From a bacterium (GTDB taxonomy: Bacteria; Cyanobacteriota; Vampirovibrionia; Obscuribacterales; Obscuribacteraceae): a DNA stretch of 64,000 nt. The notes beneath the pieces are model-generated. The model was not told the origin of the DNA. It saw nothing but the letters and a program-made list of their open reading frames with translations, and did no database searches. The stretch is taken from contig JAGOSY010000024.1 of NCBI GenBank assembly GCA_018062085.1, positions 13,421-77,420 of the forward strand, read 5' to 3'. A program made the position numbers and the translations under genes. Positions 35,619-47,421 of the stretch are shown piece by piece; the stretch's first letter is position 1, and the number at the start of each line of letters is the position of its first letter.

Positions 35619-37268
35619 CTACTTATGGTGCGGCGAATCTTCATCTTTTTCATGCGCCGCCGCTAATCGACTAGCAATGATACACAACCAAGGGTTAGTA
35701 TTCGAGTTAGCGGCCTGAGCCGAATTGACAGTTCTGGCACGCTCCAAAAAGAACTTGCAGTCAGTCAATTGATTGCGAGCAAGACTAATCAAAGCCGCCT
35801 GCACCAATACTTCCTGATTGTAAGGCTGGCGACGAACAGCCAAACGAATATGATTCTCAGCCGCCTCCAATTGACCTAAGGCAAGTAGAATTTGAGCTCG
35901 AGTCATTAGCAAATAGGTGACGTCTTCACCTTTAGTAAATGACTGCGGGTCTGACGAGAACTGTTCAATTTCCTTCTTGGCGCCAATGGCATCACCTTGC
36001 GCCAATTTCGCCTGGGCAAGCAGACAGCGCGCTTTAAAGATGTATTCAATATTTTGATTGCCGTGCACGCCCTGACTCAACAAAAGCCGGGCGCCCTTTT
36101 GTGCTTGGCTATAGTGACCTCGGGCCAAGTCTAACTCTGCTTTTTCTAATAGGGCCAAACCGTCATATGGTGCCAGCTTTAAAGCATGCTCTAAGAGACG
36201 ACTAGCCTCTGTATAGTCACGACGATAGAGACAAACGCGTACAATATTTAGCCTTGGTTCAACATAGTCTAGCTTGAGAAAAATTGCTCTGCGCCAATTT
36301 CGCACCGCCGTACTGAAATCGGCCTGGCGTTGTTCGGCTAACCTAAACTCAGCTTGCCCCAAGCCATTCCAACCGGCAGCAAACATTGGTTCTAATTTGA
36401 CAGACCATTGGTAATAATCACGAGCCCGTTCAAAATTGGCTTCGGCAGCCGCTTTACCAGCGCTATTAAAGCAATAGTAAACCATGGCCCGACGACCCAA
36501 GAAAACAACAAGACAAACTAAAATCACAGCAGTAACAAGAATTTTCTGCTTGTTAAGCCAACTATAGGTTTTGCGCAAACGCTTCCAGCTGTCGCCTTCA
36601 AACGAAGCGTCTGAACCAGCAGCTGCTACCACAGAAAATTCATAAGGCAAGTCTTCAGGTAATACTTTGCTAGTTAAGGCACCACTTCTCTCAAAGACAA
36701 CTTTCACCAGTTGATCAAAAGTTTCTTTACTGAAGAAAAAAGATGGAATGTAATTAGGGAAAAGCAAACTGGAAATTAGTTTGTTCTTTACCTCAAAATG
36801 GAAAAGAATGGTCAGTCGCCTAGCAGTGTGCTTGAGGCCAAACAACTTAGTAAAGAAAAAGTTTGGCTCTATGGCCACAGCCCGTATTGATGTCCATGGC
36901 ACCAGACGGTCAAAGCGCGACAGTTTGATGCCTTTGTCGCTAATCCACACCCCGCGACTGATAAATTTGAGCGATTGGGTAATCGCCAGAAAAGCCAAGA
37001 ACCATATGACAGCAACGATTATCCAATCACCCACCAGGCGCAAAACAAGGCCGATAACTGAAGTTGTATTCGGTATAAGAGGAATGACATCTGTAATGGC
37101 CAAGACAAAGGCGATAAATACAGACGAACCAACCGCCAGTTGTGTCAGCGCTTGAGAATCAAAGGGATAAAGAGTTGGCTTCGTGCTGTCTATGTCAGAC
37201 CCTGCTTGACTTTGAACGTTGCATGTAACGAATCTAAAAAGTTGGACAAAAACATTAGACCATGACAT
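35619..37268 (-). CDS. Membrane protein with a PH-like juxtamembrane module and a C-terminal TPR array
   Basis: Start placed at ATG 37268 (MSWSNVF...; TTG 37277 is also possible). Several TM segments, then VWISDKGIKLSRFDRLVPWTSIRAVAI, another TM segment, and TPR pairs (AEANFERARDYYQWSVKLEP, NWRRAIFLKLDY, LLEHALKLAP, ...). Confidence 0.6.
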   Translation of the reverse strand: MSWSNVFVQLFRFVTCNVQSQAGSDIDSTKPTLYPFDSQALTQLAVGSSVFIAFVLAITDVIPLIPNTTSVIGLVLRLVGDWIIVAVIWFLAFLAITQSLKFISRGVWISDKGIKLSRFDRLVPWTSIRAVAIEPNFFFTKLFGLKHTARRLTILFHFEVKNKLISSLLFPNYIPSFFFSKETFDQLVKVVFERSGALTSKVLPEDLPYEFSVVAAAGSDASFEGDSWKRLRKTYSWLNKQKILVTAVILVCLVVFLGRRAMVYYCFNSAGKAAAEANFERARDYYQWSVKLEPMFAAGWNGLGQAEFRLAEQRQADFSTAVRNWRRAIFLKLDYVEPRLNIVRVCLYRRDYTEASRLLEHALKLAPYDGLALLEKAELDLARGHYSQAQKGARLLLSQGVHGNQNIEYIFKARCLLAQAKLAQGDAIGAKKEIEQFSSDPQSFTKGEDVTYLLMTRAQILLALGQLEAAENHIRLAVRRQPYNQEVLVQAALISLARNQLTDCKFFLERARTVNSAQAANSNTNPWLCIIASRLAAAHEKDEDSPHHK

Positions 37269-37319
37269 ATTGAACAAGGGTTAATATTAACCGTGACGAA
37301 TGAATGCGAGGTATGTCCT

Positions 37320-37994
37320 TTGAAAATCCTGATCATTGAAGACGACGTAAATATCGCGCGTCTCATCGAACTTGAGCTCGGCTATGAAGGTTATCAAGTT
37401 TCCGTGGCTCACGATGGCAATCAAGGTCTTGATCTTTTCAAGAAAGACCAGCCTGAACTGGTTCTTTTGGACGTGATGTTGCCTGGTCTTGACGGCATTG
37501 AAGTTTGCAAGCGCCTACGAGCCATGTCGAAAGTTCCAGTGATTATGCTCACCGCCAAAGATGGCGTACAAGACCGAGTGAGCGGCCTAGATAGCGGCGC
37601 TGATGACTATTTGACCAAGCCCTTTGCCACAGAAGAGCTTCTAGCCAGAATTAGAGCAGTAATGCGCAGAAAGCCTGCAGAAGGCATTCTTACATACGCC
37701 GATCTCTGGATGGACCAGCTTAATCGTGTCGTAAAGAGAGGCGAACGCCAACTTGATCTTAGAGCTAAAGAGTTCGATCTACTAAGACTGTTTATGCAAT
37801 ATCCCGAACAAGTTCTCTCCCGTGAGTTCATCTTCGACAAAGTCTGGGGCTATGACTTTATCGGCGAATCTAACGTGATTGAAGTATATATTCGCTACTT
37901 GCGCTCAAAACTTGAAGACGCCACTTCTAAGCGTCTAATTCAGACTGTTAGAGGCGAAGGCTACGTACTGAGAGAAGAAGAACCTTCTCGCTAA
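37320..37994 (+). CDS. OmpR-family response regulator
   Basis: TTG 37320 gives MKILIIEDD with GAGGT 7 nt upstream (the track start is GTG 37293). Receiver: LVLLDVMLPGLDG, LTAKD, KPF. Winged helix: IEVYIRYLRSKL...TVRGEGYVL. Confidence 0.9.
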   Translation: MKILIIEDDVNIARLIELELGYEGYQVSVAHDGNQGLDLFKKDQPELVLLDVMLPGLDGIEVCKRLRAMSKVPVIMLTAKDGVQDRVSGLDSGADDYLTKPFATEELLARIRAVMRRKPAEGILTYADLWMDQLNRVVKRGERQLDLRAKEFDLLRLFMQYPEQVLSREFIFDKVWGYDFIGESNVIEVYIRYLRSKLEDATSKRLIQTVRGEGYVLREEEPSR

Positions 37995-38011
37995 CAAGCC
38001 GAAACCGCAAC

Positions 38012-38048
38012 AAAGCATCTGAAAAGAAAGACCGGCAATTGACCGGTC
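38012..38048 (+). terminator. Rho-independent terminator after the response regulator gene
   Basis: aaaagAAAGACCGG-caattga-CCGGTCTTTcttttttg: a GC-rich stem extended by A/T pairs, followed by a T-run. Confidence 0.85.
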
Positions 38049-38119
38049 TTTCTTTTTTGTCGGGGGCTGAACCTGAGCCTAAAAGATCCAGGAGCTAGAA
38101 AGATCCAGGAGAAGCCGCT

Positions 38120-38611
38120 TTAAGTCCCGAAGAGCCTCTCAGGGGGCGCTAACAACAGCTTCAGCCGAGCCTGCAAGTCAGGCGCCAACATTTGCAGGGT
38201 TTTGAGGGCGCGGCACCTGATATACGGGTTTTCGTCGTGAGCCAAATCAATCAAGATTTGCTCGGGCATGTGCGGACTTTCAGCAACACCGTAGCGCACG
38301 TCGGCACTACTGTCAGAAGCCAAAAGTGTAAGCGAATCTGCTGGAGTATTGGCGTTCTCAGCCACAGCTAAACGCACTTCATAATCACTGTCAAAGACCA
38401 ACTTCTTAAGAATTTCTATCGGAGTTCGCGGATTCTCAGCCACCGCTCGACGAATACTTGCTGATTTGTCTTCCGCAAGGCGGGCCAAAACTTGCCTTGG
38501 AGTATTTGGATTACCAGCGACGACCCGGCGCACCTGCAGAATCTCAAGGTCAGCCTCACTAGTGGCTTCGCTCTTAATTTTTTCTGCTGATGATTGCTTC
38601 TCTTTCCGCAT
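38120..38611 (-). CDS. LRV/HEAT-like repeat protein (small paralog type)
   Basis: Repeats VAGNPNTPRQVLARLAEDKSASIRRAVAENPRTPIEILKKLVFDSDYEVRLAVAENANTPADSLTLLASDSSADVRYGVAESPHMPEQIL, the same unit as in the 3809..5326 product. Confidence 0.62.
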   Translation of the reverse strand: MRKEKQSSAEKIKSEATSEADLEILQVRRVVAGNPNTPRQVLARLAEDKSASIRRAVAENPRTPIEILKKLVFDSDYEVRLAVAENANTPADSLTLLASDSSADVRYGVAESPHMPEQILIDLAHDENPYIRCRALKTLQMLAPDLQARLKLLLAPPERLFGT

Positions 38612-39035
38612 AGATGCTGCTCCGTACTCTTAACTGAACCTACTTTATGCCCATTGTCAAGAGACTCTAATCGCCAAAACATATAGTTTAAACCCAGTCG
38701 GGCTTAGCTTTCGCCGAGAGAGAAAGCAAGCAAGAGAGAAATTGCATAGTTTTGTAAAGCAGAATTACAGATTCAATTGTGACGGATTATCCAGAGAAAT
38801 AAGGCTTTCCCCTATCGCACTAGGGGATATGACTTCTTTTGACCGGTTTTCAGGGGGAAGTCCCACTGCAGGCGGAAAGAAAGCCAATATATTGCGGGTT
38901 CTACGGCTTGTAAAAAAAGATGTCGTAACGTTATGATAACTAGCATATAGTTTAGGTATCTCTAAGGGAAAGCCCCGAAAGAATTACCTCGATGGCGATT
39001 CGCTAAGCCAACCATTGTAAAGACCAGGTGACACC

Positions 39036-39323
39036 ATGAACACACTTCAAACTCGCTACAACCCAAGTTTCTCCGCTGCTTCATCAAATGGCATAGAAGA
39101 ACTATTGACAGTGGCTGAAGACGGCAATTTCGTCTTGAGCCTACCAACCAACCTCCAAGACTACCAACAAGAGCTTGAGCGACTTCTCGGCAAGTGCTTT
39201 AGTGGTCGCGCCAAGTCAGAAGGAACTCTGGCATTAGCTCGCCAAATGTCTATCAATTGGTGTCTGTCTAAGTGCAAACAGACAGGACAATCAGTAGATC
39301 AGTGCCTCGATTTACTATCATAA
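39036..39323 (+). CDS. Small hypothetical protein (95 aa)
   Basis: ATG preceded by AGGTGA at 5-nt spacing, and followed by a strong terminator at 39361. I recognise no family. Confidence 0.5.
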   Translation: MNTLQTRYNPSFSAASSNGIEELLTVAEDGNFVLSLPTNLQDYQQELERLLGKCFSGRAKSEGTLALARQMSINWCLSKCKQTGQSVDQCLDLLS

Positions 39324-39360
39324 TTTTTTCGGCTGCAATACTCAATAAAAGTTCAAAAAC

Positions 39361-39392
39361 AAAAACGCTCAGAATAACTTCTGAGCGTTTTT
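39361..39392. terminator. Bidirectional rho-independent terminator (small ORF on + / gyrA on -)
   Basis: AAAAACGCTCAGAA-taac-TTCTGAGCGTTTTT: a perfect 14-bp stem with A5 and T5 flanks, usable from both strands. Confidence 0.85.
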
Positions 39393-39417
39393 GTTTATAC
39401 AACCTGAACCTGCCAAA

Positions 39418-42006
39418 TTATTTTGTTTCTGGCTTGGCCTCTGCTTTTCCGTCATCCTCTGAGTCATCAGAGTCGTTAGCATCGTTTGAGCCATCACTTG
39501 ATGGTTCAATAGCCGCCACCACAGGAGTAACCGAGACAACCATATCGTCTTCGCCTACTTGTTGCATCTTAACACCTGTTGCCATGCGTCCTTGAATGCT
39601 TATAGCATCAGCTTGCTGACGAACCACAACACCATTGGCAGTGGCAATAATCATCTCATCGCCCGGCCGCACAACACGCAAGCTTGCTAGCCTAGAACTA
39701 GCATTCTTGAACTTAGTACCAATCAAGCCAATACCACCGCGACCCTGTTGCCTGAACTCTTCTAATCTGATGCGCTTACCGAAGCCGTCATTGGTGACAA
39801 CCAGCAAGTAAGTATCATCAAATGTCTCAAGAGCATCAAAGCCAACGATACGATCGCCTTCACGCAAGGTGATAGCACGCACTCCGCGAGCAGAACGGCC
39901 CAGCGGCCTCAGTTCTTCTTCACTGTAGCGAATACACATACCATCGCCAGTACCGATGATGATATCGCTCTTACCAGCAGAAGGTCTAACCCAACCTAGC
40001 TCATCACCATCATTTAGGGTGATCGCTATGATGCCAGTTTTTCTGATATTGGCAAATTCAGACATCTGCACTTTTTTGATGTAAGCCTGGTGCGTCAGCA
40101 TGATCAAGTAGCTATCTGGATCAAAGCTCGAAACCGGAATAACAGTGGTAACTGTCTCCTCGGGGCGCAATTGCAGCAGGTTTACCAAAGCCAACCCACG
40201 AGCAGTACGGCCGCCTTCAGGAAGATCCATAACTTCTAGTGGGAAGATTTGACCACGGTTAGTGAAGACCAAAAGTCTGTCGTGCATATTAGCAGCAAAG
40301 AAGTGCTGCAAATCATCTTCGTCGCGGGTCTTCACGCCTGTGACACCACGAGTATTGCGGCGCTGCCTGCGGAAGCTATCGAGCGAAATACGCTTAATAT
40401 AGTCTTGCTTTGTAATAAACACAGCCATCGGTTCGTTTGGCGTCAGGTCTTTGGCCGATAGTTCACTATCAGAACCACCGCCTTCGATGGTAGTGCGACG
40501 GGCATCTTTTTGACCGTTAGCATCTTTGTAATTGTCACGAATTTCACTCAACTCATCTTTGATAATTCCGTCGATGCGCTTGCGATTGGCAAGAATGTCT
40601 TTGTAGTCAGCAATCTTGGCAAGAGTTTCGGCTTGTTCTTTCTCGACTTTAGCCTGTTCTAATCCGGTTAGGCGGCGCAATTGCATTTCGAGAATGGCGT
40701 TGGCTTGCGCTTCGCTCAATTCAAACTTACTCATCAGATCTTGTCTGGCATTTTCAGTTGAATCAGATTTGCGAATCAGACGAATGACTTCGTCAATGTT
40801 GTTGATAGCTTTGAGCAAGCCTTCAAGAATATGGGCGCGGTCTTCCGCTTTGCGCAAGTAGTAGCGAGTACGCCTTGTAATTACATCAACTCGGTGCTCA
40901 ATGAATTCTTGAATCATCGCTGATAGCTCAAGGGTGACTGGCCTGCCCTTAACTAGAGCCAATGTATTTACAGGGAAAGAACCCTGTAGTTGCGTATATT
41001 TATAGACGTTGTTGAGCACAACCTGAGCGTTGGCGTCACGCTTTAGTTCAATGACAACGCGCATACCAGTGCGATCTGTTTCATCGTTAACGTCAGAAAT
41101 TCCAGTCAACTTTTCATCACGTACCAGTTCTGCCACACGCTTTGTGAAAGCTTCTGGACCAACCATATAAGGAAGTGCGGTGATGACGATACCCATTTTC
41201 GACTGACGGCCGCCAGAACCTGGAATTTGCTCGATAGTTGCAGTACCACGAGTAGGAATAGAGCCACGACCGGTGGTGAAAGCTTCAACTATTCCATCAG
41301 TGCCAAGAATCGAACCACCGCCTGGAAAATCAGGGCCCTTGATCCACTCCATCAATTCGCGCGAAGTTAGCTCTGGATTGTCAATCTTGGCGATTGTGCC
41401 GTTTACAACTTCGGTTAAATTATGAGGAGGAATATTAGTGGCCATCCCTACGGCAATACCAGAAGAACCATTGAGCAAGAGAATTGGCACGCGAGATGGC
41501 AATACCGAGGGCTCATTTAACGATTCGTCGAAGTTTTTTCGCATATCGACCGTTTCAGCATCGATATCTTCAAGTGTCTCCATGGCCAGTGCGGCCAATT
41601 TGCATTCGGTGTAGCGCATGGCAGCTGGCGGATTGTCTAGGTCACCAAAGTTTCCGTGACCATTAACCAAAACATATCTACTGGCTGAAGGCTGAGCCAT
41701 ACGCACTAGTGCTTCGTAGATGGATGAGTCACCATGAGGGTGGTATTTACCCATAACGTCACCGACCACACGAGCAGACTTCTTAAACTTCTCACTGGGC
41801 GCCAAATTGAGTTCGTGCATGCCGAAAATAATGCGCCGGTGAACAGGTTTAAGACCATCTCTGACATCAGGAATGGCACGACTGACGATAACTGACATGG
41901 CGTAGTCGATGAAAGACTTTTTCATCTCGTCTCGCAATTCGACCGAGACTATTCGCTGACCACCACTACCAGAACCGCCCGCATTGCCTGTTGAATCAAC
42001 CACCAC
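39418..42006 (-). CDS. gyrA: DNA gyrase subunit A
   Basis: [41 protein letters not shown], active-site Tyr context AAMRYTE, a C-terminal beta-pinwheel repeat region and an acidic tail. GTG start with AAGAGGT RBS. Confidence 0.97.
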   Translation of the reverse strand: MVVDSTGNAGGSGSGGQRIVSVELRDEMKKSFIDYAMSVIVSRAIPDVRDGLKPVHRRIIFGMHELNLAPSEKFKKSARVVGDVMGKYHPHGDSSIYEALVRMAQPSASRYVLVNGHGNFGDLDNPPAAMRYTECKLAALAMETLEDIDAETVDMRKNFDESLNEPSVLPSRVPILLLNGSSGIAVGMATNIPPHNLTEVVNGTIAKIDNPELTSRELMEWIKGPDFPGGGSILGTDGIVEAFTTGRGSIPTRGTATIEQIPGSGGRQSKMGIVITALPYMVGPEAFTKRVAELVRDEKLTGISDVNDETDRTGMRVVIELKRDANAQVVLNNVYKYTQLQGSFPVNTLALVKGRPVTLELSAMIQEFIEHRVDVITRRTRYYLRKAEDRAHILEGLLKAINNIDEVIRLIRKSDSTENARQDLMSKFELSEAQANAILEMQLRRLTGLEQAKVEKEQAETLAKIADYKDILANRKRIDGIIKDELSEIRDNYKDANGQKDARRTTIEGGGSDSELSAKDLTPNEPMAVFITKQDYIKRISLDSFRRQRRNTRGVTGVKTRDEDDLQHFFAANMHDRLLVFTNRGQIFPLEVMDLPEGGRTARGLALVNLLQLRPEETVTTVIPVSSFDPDSYLIMLTHQAYIKKVQMSEFANIRKTGIIAITLNDGDELGWVRPSAGKSDIIIGTGDGMCIRYSEEELRPLGRSARGVRAITLREGDRIVGFDALETFDDTYLLVVTNDGFGKRIRLEEFRQQGRGGIGLIGTKFKNASSRLASLRVVRPGDEMIIATANGVVVRQQADAISIQGRMATGVKMQQVGEDDMVVSVTPVVAAIEPSSDGSNDANDSDDSEDDGKAEAKPETK

Positions 42007-42286
42007 GAACTACCTCTTAACGAAAACAGAATCCTTGAGCTAGGTGCTGGAGGAAGGCACCCACAGATACCAACAGGTACCAACTGATTGGACACTCCAA
42101 CACTAAACTATAAATTTGACAAGGACCAATTATAACACTGCCCAAGCTCGCTGATGATGCCCTTTTCAGTAACAAATTTGCGCTATTTCCGTATTAAGTC
42201 AGTGGATTGCAGCGGCTCACGCCCAACTTAATACTAAAATAGAGAGCTAATGTATATGTTTAGTTTCTCAGGGATACGAAATCAAG

Positions 42287-43867
42287 ATGTCGGGCAACAA
42301 CGAGTCACCCAAAGCTCTAGCAGCACAAGCCAAGAAAGCCGCCGCCGCAGCCGAAGCTGCCAGCAAACTTAAAACCGATCGCTTGAAAAAATTGAGTGCC
42401 CTCAAAGAACAGGGCATTAATCCATATCCGTATAAATATGAGCGCAGCCACAAGGCCGCTGAACTGCAAGAAAAATACAAAGATTTAGCTGTCAGTGTTG
42501 AAACAGAAGATGTCGTGCATATCTGCGGCCGCATCATGAACAGCCGCAATACTTGGATGTTTATCGACGTCTTCGATGACTCAGGAAAAATTCAGCTCTT
42601 CTGCCATAAAGATTTTCTCGGCGAAGAAAAACAAGCTCGACTCAGGCTCCTTGACAAGGGCGACTATATTGGTGCCACAGGCACCATCCGCCGCACCTCA
42701 ACCGGCGAACTATCGGTCAAAGTTACTGACTGGCAAATTTTGTCTAAATCACTCCTGCCGCTTCCCGACAGCTGGGAAGGCTTTACCGACGTAGAGGCGC
42801 GCTACCGTCATCGTTATGTCGACATGATTATGAATCCAGCTGTACGCGAAAACTTGCGCAAGCGCTCTCTCACCATTCGCCATATGCGCAATTTCCTTGA
42901 CAGCCACGGCTATCTAGAGGTTGAGACACCAACTTTGCAAGTGGAGGCAGGTGGAGCGGATGCCCGGCCCTTCATCACCCACCACAACACTCTTGGTATC
43001 GACCTGTATTTGCGCATAGCCACAGAACTTCACCTTAAAAGAATGATCATTGGCGGCATGGAAAGAGTCTATGAGATCGGTCGCATCTTCCGCAATGAAG
43101 GTATGAGCACCAGACACAACCCTGAATTTACGATGATGGAAATGTACTGTGCTTACGGCGATTACAACGAGCTTATGACCTTCACGGAGTCAATGCTGCG
43201 CCACATCGCTGAAAACGTCTTGAATACGGCTGATTTTAGCTATCAAGGTGAGCAAATTTCATTCAGCAAACCCTTCCGCCGCTTGCGCATGAATGACGCT
43301 ATTAAAGAAGTCACTGGCTTAGATGTCTCTACCCTGAAAGACTTTGAAGAAGCAAAAGCCGCTGCTATCAAACTGGGCGTCAGACTAGACAAGCAAGATA
43401 CCAGAGGCAGTGTAATCAATGCCATGTTCGAAGATAAAGTCGAGCATACTTTGATGCAACCAACTTTCATCATTGATTATCCAGTAGAGATTTCACCACT
43501 GACCAAGGCCCACCGAGAAAACGCTGGTGAAGTAGAGCGTTTCGAATTGTTTGTATTTGGCCGCGAACTAGCCAATGGCTATTCGGAGCTTACTGATCCC
43601 CACGATCAAAGAAGCCGACTAGAAGAACAAGGCCGCAAGAAAGCAGCAGGTGACGTAGAAGCCATGCCACTTGACCTTGATTTTATTATGGCCATGGAAT
43701 ACGGCATGCCACCAACCATGGGAATCGGCATTGGCATAGATCGCCTGGTCATGCTACTCACCGACTCAGCCTCAATTCGTGACGTTATTGCCTTCCCAAC
43801 TATGAAACCAGAGGGGAAAGCAGAGGCCAAAGCAGATGTCGCTGTGGCTGCAAGCAAGGAGGCCTAG
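42287..43867 (+). CDS. lysS: Lysyl-tRNA synthetase, class II
   Basis: OB anticodon-binding domain (ICGRIMNSRNTWMFIDVFDDSGKIQLF). Class II motifs: YRHRYVDMIMNP, FLEVETPTLQ, RVYEIGRIFRNEG, GIGIGIDRLVMLLTD. Confidence 0.95.
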   Translation: MSGNNESPKALAAQAKKAAAAAEAASKLKTDRLKKLSALKEQGINPYPYKYERSHKAAELQEKYKDLAVSVETEDVVHICGRIMNSRNTWMFIDVFDDSGKIQLFCHKDFLGEEKQARLRLLDKGDYIGATGTIRRTSTGELSVKVTDWQILSKSLLPLPDSWEGFTDVEARYRHRYVDMIMNPAVRENLRKRSLTIRHMRNFLDSHGYLEVETPTLQVEAGGADARPFITHHNTLGIDLYLRIATELHLKRMIIGGMERVYEIGRIFRNEGMSTRHNPEFTMMEMYCAYGDYNELMTFTESMLRHIAENVLNTADFSYQGEQISFSKPFRRLRMNDAIKEVTGLDVSTLKDFEEAKAAAIKLGVRLDKQDTRGSVINAMFEDKVEHTLMQPTFIIDYPVEISPLTKAHRENAGEVERFELFVFGRELANGYSELTDPHDQRSRLEEQGRKKAAGDVEAMPLDLDFIMAMEYGMPPTMGIGIGIDRLVMLLTDSASIRDVIAFPTMKPEGKAEAKADVAVAASKEA

Positions 43868-43873
43868 TTAAAT

Positions 43874-44380
43874 ATGAATATGATAAAAGTTTATCTCTAC
43901 GGACCTGTAGGCGCCAACAAAAGCGTGCTCCTGCCCACCGTGGCAGAGACCGAAGCTGGTGTCTTTGTCGAAGGCGAGCCACTCTTAATTTATGACTTAC
44001 ACCAGGTCGACCAATGGAAAAGCCAGATTTACAAAGCTCTCAATCGCGAAATGGCCGTCGTTGCCACACCAGATGGCGATTTAGAGCCCGGCTCACAAAT
44101 TTTAGAAGCCTTACATCTCAATTCATGGGCCGCATTTGAGAAGCAGTCTGTGCTTTTCACTATTCACAAAGGCGCTCGCTACATCAAAATCTATGCCACC
44201 GGATTTGGTGAGGACGGCATGTGGTCAAATGCCGCTATGACTGAACGTCAATTTCACAGCAGAGCACCACTTGAAATAATTGTAGATGCCATTGCCAAAG
44301 AAATAATCAGCCATCCCCAAGGTCACAAAGCAGAGCCCAGTTCAACACCTTTGATGATCGGCATGGCGCCAAAACAATAG
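43874..44380 (+). CDS. Hypothetical protein (168 aa), 6 nt downstream of lysS
   Basis: Long ORF on the same strand as lysS with tight spacing. I recognise no family. Confidence 0.5.
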   Translation: MNMIKVYLYGPVGANKSVLLPTVAETEAGVFVEGEPLLIYDLHQVDQWKSQIYKALNREMAVVATPDGDLEPGSQILEALHLNSWAAFEKQSVLFTIHKGARYIKIYATGFGEDGMWSNAAMTERQFHSRAPLEIIVDAIAKEIISHPQGHKAEPSSTPLMIGMAPKQ

Positions 44381-44385
44381 GTAAG

Positions 44386-44709
44386 TTACTGGCCTGATTC
44401 CATTGCAGCGCGTTCAGATTCAACTTTTTCTTCAACAAACGCTCTTACTTTTTCAAACTCTTCATCAGAGTCAATAGTTTGGAAAACAAAGTCGTTGCCG
44501 CGGTGGAAGAAGCGCATAATTACAAGGGTCTGATCTTCTTCTTCGAGTTCTTCATCGGCGCCTTCTTCGGCAATTTTCAAAAGAAGTGCATACTCGTTTT
44601 CTTCGAATACGAAACGATCGAGCATCTCGCAATCATAGGAATGGCCGTCTTCACTCTCTAAAGTGATAACTGCAATTTCTTGTTCTTCCTGATTGGGGGC
44701 TTCGGCCAC
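44386..44709 (-). CDS. Small acidic DUF1292/DUF3727-like protein
   Basis: The pattern ITLESEDGHSYDCEMLDRFVFEENEYALLL...TLVIMRFFHRGNDFVFQTIDSDEEFEKVRAFVEE resembles the UPF0473/DUF1292 layout. Assignment is by eye only. Confidence 0.5.
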   Translation of the reverse strand: MAEAPNQEEQEIAVITLESEDGHSYDCEMLDRFVFEENEYALLLKIAEEGADEELEEEDQTLVIMRFFHRGNDFVFQTIDSDEEFEKVRAFVEEKVESERAAMESGQ

Positions 44710-44722
44710 TTTAATTACCTCT

Positions 44723-45730
44723 TTAGATTTGAATACCGGAGAGCTCTACCAATTTGTTTAGCTGTTGCTCAGTACCTAGAGCGATTAAATCATCACCGTC
44801 CTGGAAGATCAGGTCGGGAGATGGATTGGATATCAGCTTACCATTTTGATTCACAGCCAGGATCATGGCCCCCGAAGTCTGCTTAATGTTTGCATCTTTC
44901 AAAGCCTGGCCAATCAATTTGGAAGGTTTACCAAGCCTTACCTGCTCCATGCGCAAATCGTATTCGGGGGTGGCCATGACAACATCAAGAAATTGCGTAA
45001 CAAGGGGATGGGTAACAGCCGTAGCCATACGCTTGCCACAAATGACATATGGCGAAATCACCATGCTGGCGCCAGCACGACGCATCTTGGCTTCTGTTCC
45101 TGGGTTAGCCGCCCTTGATACGATTTTGATTCTTTCGTTCAGGCCTTTGGCTGATAGAGCAATAAAAGTATTGGCCGTATCGTCATCAAGAGCACAAACA
45201 ATACCGCTGGCGCTCTGTATTTTTGCCTGCATCAAAACTTCATCCGAGCTAGCATCGCCATTGATAACCAGGTGTCCAGCTTCAGCAGCCACGTGAGAGC
45301 GCTCAGCATCAACTTCAATTAAGACAAAAGAAATCTTGTTCTGGACAAAGTGAGCGATCACCTCTTGGCCAGTGCGACCGTAGCCACAAACAATTTGATG
45401 ATTTTTTAATTTCGAAATCGAATGCTGCATGCGCCGAGCCCCCAGGTTGAAGTGTAGAAATATTTCCACCATATCGCTTATCACTGACAGCACCACTCCG
45501 GCACCAATCAAGATAAGTACGATTGTGTAAATCTTTCCCGCTGTAGAAAGTGGATGAGTTTCGCCGTAGCCCACCGTAGTCAAGGTGATTACAGTCATGA
45601 AAAGCGAGTCAAGAAAATTCCAATGCTCTACGAGCATAAAGCCCAGGGCGCCGAAAAGGACGAAGCCGAAGAGCCTAGCTAAATCAAGCAAAAATCTCCT
45701 GGCAACCGAATCTTTCACTCCTACTCCCAT
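44723..45730 (-). CDS. Two-TM potassium channel with RCK (TrkA-N/TrkA-C) gating domains
   Basis: Selectivity filter TLTTVGYGE between two TM helices. Rossmann IVCGYGRTGQEV. A C-terminal TrkA-C-like segment. Confidence 0.85.
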   Translation of the reverse strand: MGVGVKDSVARRFLLDLARLFGFVLFGALGFMLVEHWNFLDSLFMTVITLTTVGYGETHPLSTAGKIYTIVLILIGAGVVLSVISDMVEIFLHFNLGARRMQHSISKLKNHQIVCGYGRTGQEVIAHFVQNKISFVLIEVDAERSHVAAEAGHLVINGDASSDEVLMQAKIQSASGIVCALDDDTANTFIALSAKGLNERIKIVSRAANPGTEAKMRRAGASMVISPYVICGKRMATAVTHPLVTQFLDVVMATPEYDLRMEQVRLGKPSKLIGQALKDANIKQTSGAMILAVNQNGKLISNPSPDLIFQDGDDLIALGTEQQLNKLVELSGIQI

Positions 45731-45752
45731 AGACTTCGAACTCTTTTATAGA

Positions 45753-45785
45753 CAGCGTATGAACTGCGTATGAACAGCGCATAAT
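45753..45785. repeat. Three tandem 11-nt units
   Basis: cagcgtatgaa / ctgcgtatgaa / cagcgcataat, read directly. They lie 23-55 nt from the K-channel ATG (45730, minus strand). Confidence 0.9.
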
Positions 45786-45920
45786 GAGCTTTTGTGCCAA
45801 AACAATAAAATAAGAACGAAAACTATCATAAACGACTGGGGAAAACTCACCTGTAGCATCTATTCTTATGCGCAGGCGAGAACGCTCAAAGCACTTGACA
45901 GTCTTCTAAGGCAATTTAAT

Positions 45921-47410
<1,490 letters not shown>

Positions 47411-47421
47411 TCGCTAACTAA

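Noticed and set aside
38742-38936. 64-aa ORF in the 424-nt region between the small LRV gene and the 39036 ORF (also 38416..38682)
   Set aside because: It has a non-ATG start, no RBS and a composition unlike real proteins. 38416..38682 overlaps the LRV gene in another frame. No known riboswitch core was recognised in the region either.
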